Assembly (NCBI GenBank): GCA_963842085.1 | Contig: CAWJET010000002.1 | Span: 1,280,001 to 1,344,000, forward strand | Reading direction: 5' to 3' | Source: an uncultured delta proteobacterium | Lineage (GTDB): Bacteria > Desulfobacterota > Binatia > Binatales > Binataceae | DNA: 64,000 nucleotides | Shown: positions 61,732 through 64,000 of the stretch, piece after piece | How the letters are laid out: the number at the start of each line of letters is the position of its first letter | Position numbering within the stretch: position 1 is the first letter of the stretch | The notes under the pieces: model-generated | What the model was told of the DNA's origin: nothing | Seen by the model: the letters and a program-made list of their open reading frames with translations, nothing else | Databases searched by the model: none | Made by a program: the position numbers and the translations under genes

Positions 61732-62807
61732 TTGCGGGCCTCCAGAAGAAGCTCATCCGCAACGAGCGGGTTCCACAGGCGCATCAGCATCTCGACAAAT
61801 GCCGCCGCGCGCGCGTAAAGAAGCTCCGGCCGGGCCGGCGGGCGCATCATGTCGCCGCGCCCAAACCGGCGAATGAGACGGCTCTGAGTAAACACGTACG
61901 GCGTGATCCGAAGCGTGCTCGAAACATCGCTCTGGACGAACCCGGCGCGCCTTGCCAGCGCGGTCAAGCTATTGGTGTTGAAGATCTGCAGGTGTCGCGG
62001 CGGTTCCAGCCCGCGCCAGTTGGGACCGAAGTGACGGTGGCCCCAGCTCCCAGCGTTGGGCGTTGTGACCGCCAATGTACCGCCCATGCGCAGCACCCGG
62101 CGGATTTCGCGAAGCGTCGCGAGCGGATCGTGGACGTGCTCGATCACGTGGCTCATCAGAACCAGATCGAATGACTCGTCCGGGTAGCGCTGCTCGGCCA
62201 GACGTCCAAGCCTGACGGAAAGTCCCCTGCACCGTCCCGTTTCAACCGCGCGCGCATCGAAGTCCACGCCCTCGGCGTTCCAGCCAAGCTCTTGGGCGAG
62301 CTTTAACACCGAGCCGTCGCCGCATCCGACATCGAGCACGCATCCCTTTTCGGGAACGGCGAGATAGCGAAGCGGAATGTCCAGCGCATCGCATTCAATG
62401 CGCGAGAGCAGGATCGGCAGCGCAAGCAACCAGCGCAATGGTTTTCCGGCGTCATCTCCATAATTAAAGCGCCAGGCACGATAGGCCGACCTGCAAAGCT
62501 CTGCCGCGCGCTGGAGCGCTCCAGGCGGGGCTGGTGGCGGCGTATCCTCAGAGGCGGCATGGGTGAAATAGGTCCCGTAAGCAATCCCGATATCCTCCTC
62601 GAGCGGCATCGGGTCGAGCCATAGAAGACCGCATTCGGGGTTCGGGCATCGCTTGAGGTTCCATCTGCCTGGTGCGTTGAACAGCCGATCTTTGAGCCCC
62701 TCGTACAGCGGCTCGCCGCCAGTGCCACACAGGGGGCAGTCCGGGCACGGGAACGAGCGGATCCCGCTCCCTAAATCTGATCTGATTTCGGCGGCTGCAG
62801 TGTTCAT
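61728..62807 (-). CDS. Class I SAM methyltransferase with N-terminal Zn motif
   Basis: CPLC..C...CGL, LDVGCGDG, HVIEHV, PPRHL. Confidence 0.9.
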   Translation of the reverse strand: MNTAAAEIRSDLGSGIRSFPCPDCPLCGTGGEPLYEGLKDRLFNAPGRWNLKRCPNPECGLLWLDPMPLEEDIGIAYGTYFTHAASEDTPPPAPPGALQRAAELCRSAYRAWRFNYGDDAGKPLRWLLALPILLSRIECDALDIPLRYLAVPEKGCVLDVGCGDGSVLKLAQELGWNAEGVDFDARAVETGRCRGLSVRLGRLAEQRYPDESFDLVLMSHVIEHVHDPLATLREIRRVLRMGGTLAVTTPNAGSWGHRHFGPNWRGLEPPRHLQIFNTNSLTALARRAGFVQSDVSSTLRITPYVFTQSRLIRRFGRGDMMRPPARPELLYARAAAFVEMLMRLWNPLVADELLLEARK

Positions 62808-62811
62808 CGGC

Positions 62812-64000
62812 TCACCGCGACATCAGCGGCATCGCGGCGCGCAGGCGCATGCGCACCGTTTCGCGTTCCGTCGGCGCCAGCATCATGCGCCAGCCCCACG
62901 TCCCGAATCCGGCAACGACTAGGGCCACGTAGGCGGCGCGAAGAGAAGGAGCCGCGATAGTAAATGCCAAGCCGATCGCGACTGCTCCTCCGGCAAGGCG
63001 CAATGCGGTACGCATAACCGCGGCGCGCACGCCCGGTAATATCCGCGCTGCAGCCCAGTAGAGGAGTGCGGCATCGAGCGCAACCCGTCCAAGGTACACG
63101 AACGCGGCGCCCTCTACTCCGAACAGGCGCAGCCCGAGCCAGAGCCCCGCCAGGTAAACGGGAACCTCGACCACGTGGAATTTCGCGGTCAGGTCGGGCC
63201 GATGCGCGGCCTGCAGCAAGGTGTAGGGAAGATAGGCGAGACCGTTTACCATAACTGCTAGCCCGATCCATCGCATCACCCAGAAGCTGCGTGCACCGAA
63301 GTCGCTCCCGATCCAAAACGTCATGATCTCCGGAGCGAATACCGCCATCACCAATGCCGCCGGAAACAGCGCGATGAAGACATAGGTCACGGCGCGATCG
63401 AACAGGCGCGCCGCGCGCGCCGTGTCGGCGGCAAGCTCCGTAGACAGCGCCGGGAACATCACGCTCGCCAGCGCGCCGGGCACGATCATCAGCGTCGATG
63501 CGGCCTTCTGAGGCACCGAGTAGTAGGCGACCGCGGCCACCGAAATCATCGCGCTGATGAAGAAGCGGTCGAAGTAGGACATGATCGGGCCGGTAATCCC
63601 GGACACCGTGACCCATCCGCCGAACGAGAACAGCGGCGCGAGCATCGCGCGGCGCACCACGATGCGCCTGCCGAATGGAGGAAATACACGTATGCACAAA
63701 AGAAGGTGCACGCCCAATGATGCTGCACGGCCGACCACTAACACTGCGACAATCCAGAAGACGCTGTGCGAGAAGGGCAGCACCGCGAGCGGGGCGAGGT
63801 AGCTGAAGAATCCGAATGGTACGCGGACGGCGTTCAGAAGGTCGAAGCGCTGGAATGCCGCGAGCATCCCTGCCAGCGTGCCTGCGCAGATGATTAGCGG
63901 AAACGCGACTGCGAGCAGCCAGAAGGTGTGAAGCGCCTCGGATTGCAGGGTCGGAGGTATATTGAGGACTCGGTGCACTAGCCATGGCGATACCGCCGCC
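62812..64000 (-). CDS. wzx: Wzx flippase (5' part outside window)
   Basis: Many TMs, FSFGGW, DRFFIS....VAYY, FPALS, FGVEGAA. Confidence 0.88.
   Translation of the reverse strand, partial: AAVSPWLVHRVLNIPPTLQSEALHTFWLLAVAFPLIICAGTLAGMLAAFQRFDLLNAVRVPFGFFSYLAPLAVLPFSHSVFWIVAVLVVGRAASLGVHLLLCIRVFPPFGRRIVVRRAMLAPLFSFGGWVTVSGITGPIMSYFDRFFISAMISVAAVAYYSVPQKAASTLMIVPGALASVMFPALSTELAADTARAARLFDRAVTYVFIALFPAALVMAVFAPEIMTFWIGSDFGARSFWVMRWIGLAVMVNGLAYLPYTLLQAAHRPDLTAKFHVVEVPVYLAGLWLGLRLFGVEGAAFVYLGRVALDAALLYWAAARILPGVRAAVMRTALRLAGGAVAIGLAFTIAAPSLRAAYVALVVAGFGTWGWRMMLAPTERETVRMRLRAAMPLMSR

Overview
GC-rich bacterial window; the gene families are suggestive of Candidatus Binatota/Acidobacteriota-like soil bacteria (inference only). 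It has two halves. (1) 1-39.3 kb is a decaying accessory/mobile region. It holds an intact IS630, relics of IS21, IS3 and IS5, several MITEs, many pseudogenes, cargo redox genes (F420-type, AKR, GFA), and a tiny signal-peptide + APELD-CTERM protein. It ends in a capsid-less phage/satellite-like module: cI-like, cro-like, ERF, YqaJ exonuclease, initiator-HNH fusion, helicase-like ATPase and an inverted-iteron origin candidate, with a frameshifted terS relic further left. (2) 39.6-64 kb is one minus-strand gene run. A Wzx/Wzy-type polysaccharide locus runs directly into a complete lasso-peptide cluster: RRE B1, cyclase C, precursor A, HPr-like kinase, a B2-kinase chimera, peptidase B2, nucleotidyltransferase and ABC exporter. 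The precursor (predicted core GSAGRRSDRMTKKQGFQFPGFP) lacks the C-terminal Ser that characterised lasso kinases modify. The best candidate for a new system is therefore a phospho/glyco-lasso peptide coupled to surface-polysaccharide synthesis. All calls come from reading the sequence; no searches were run.
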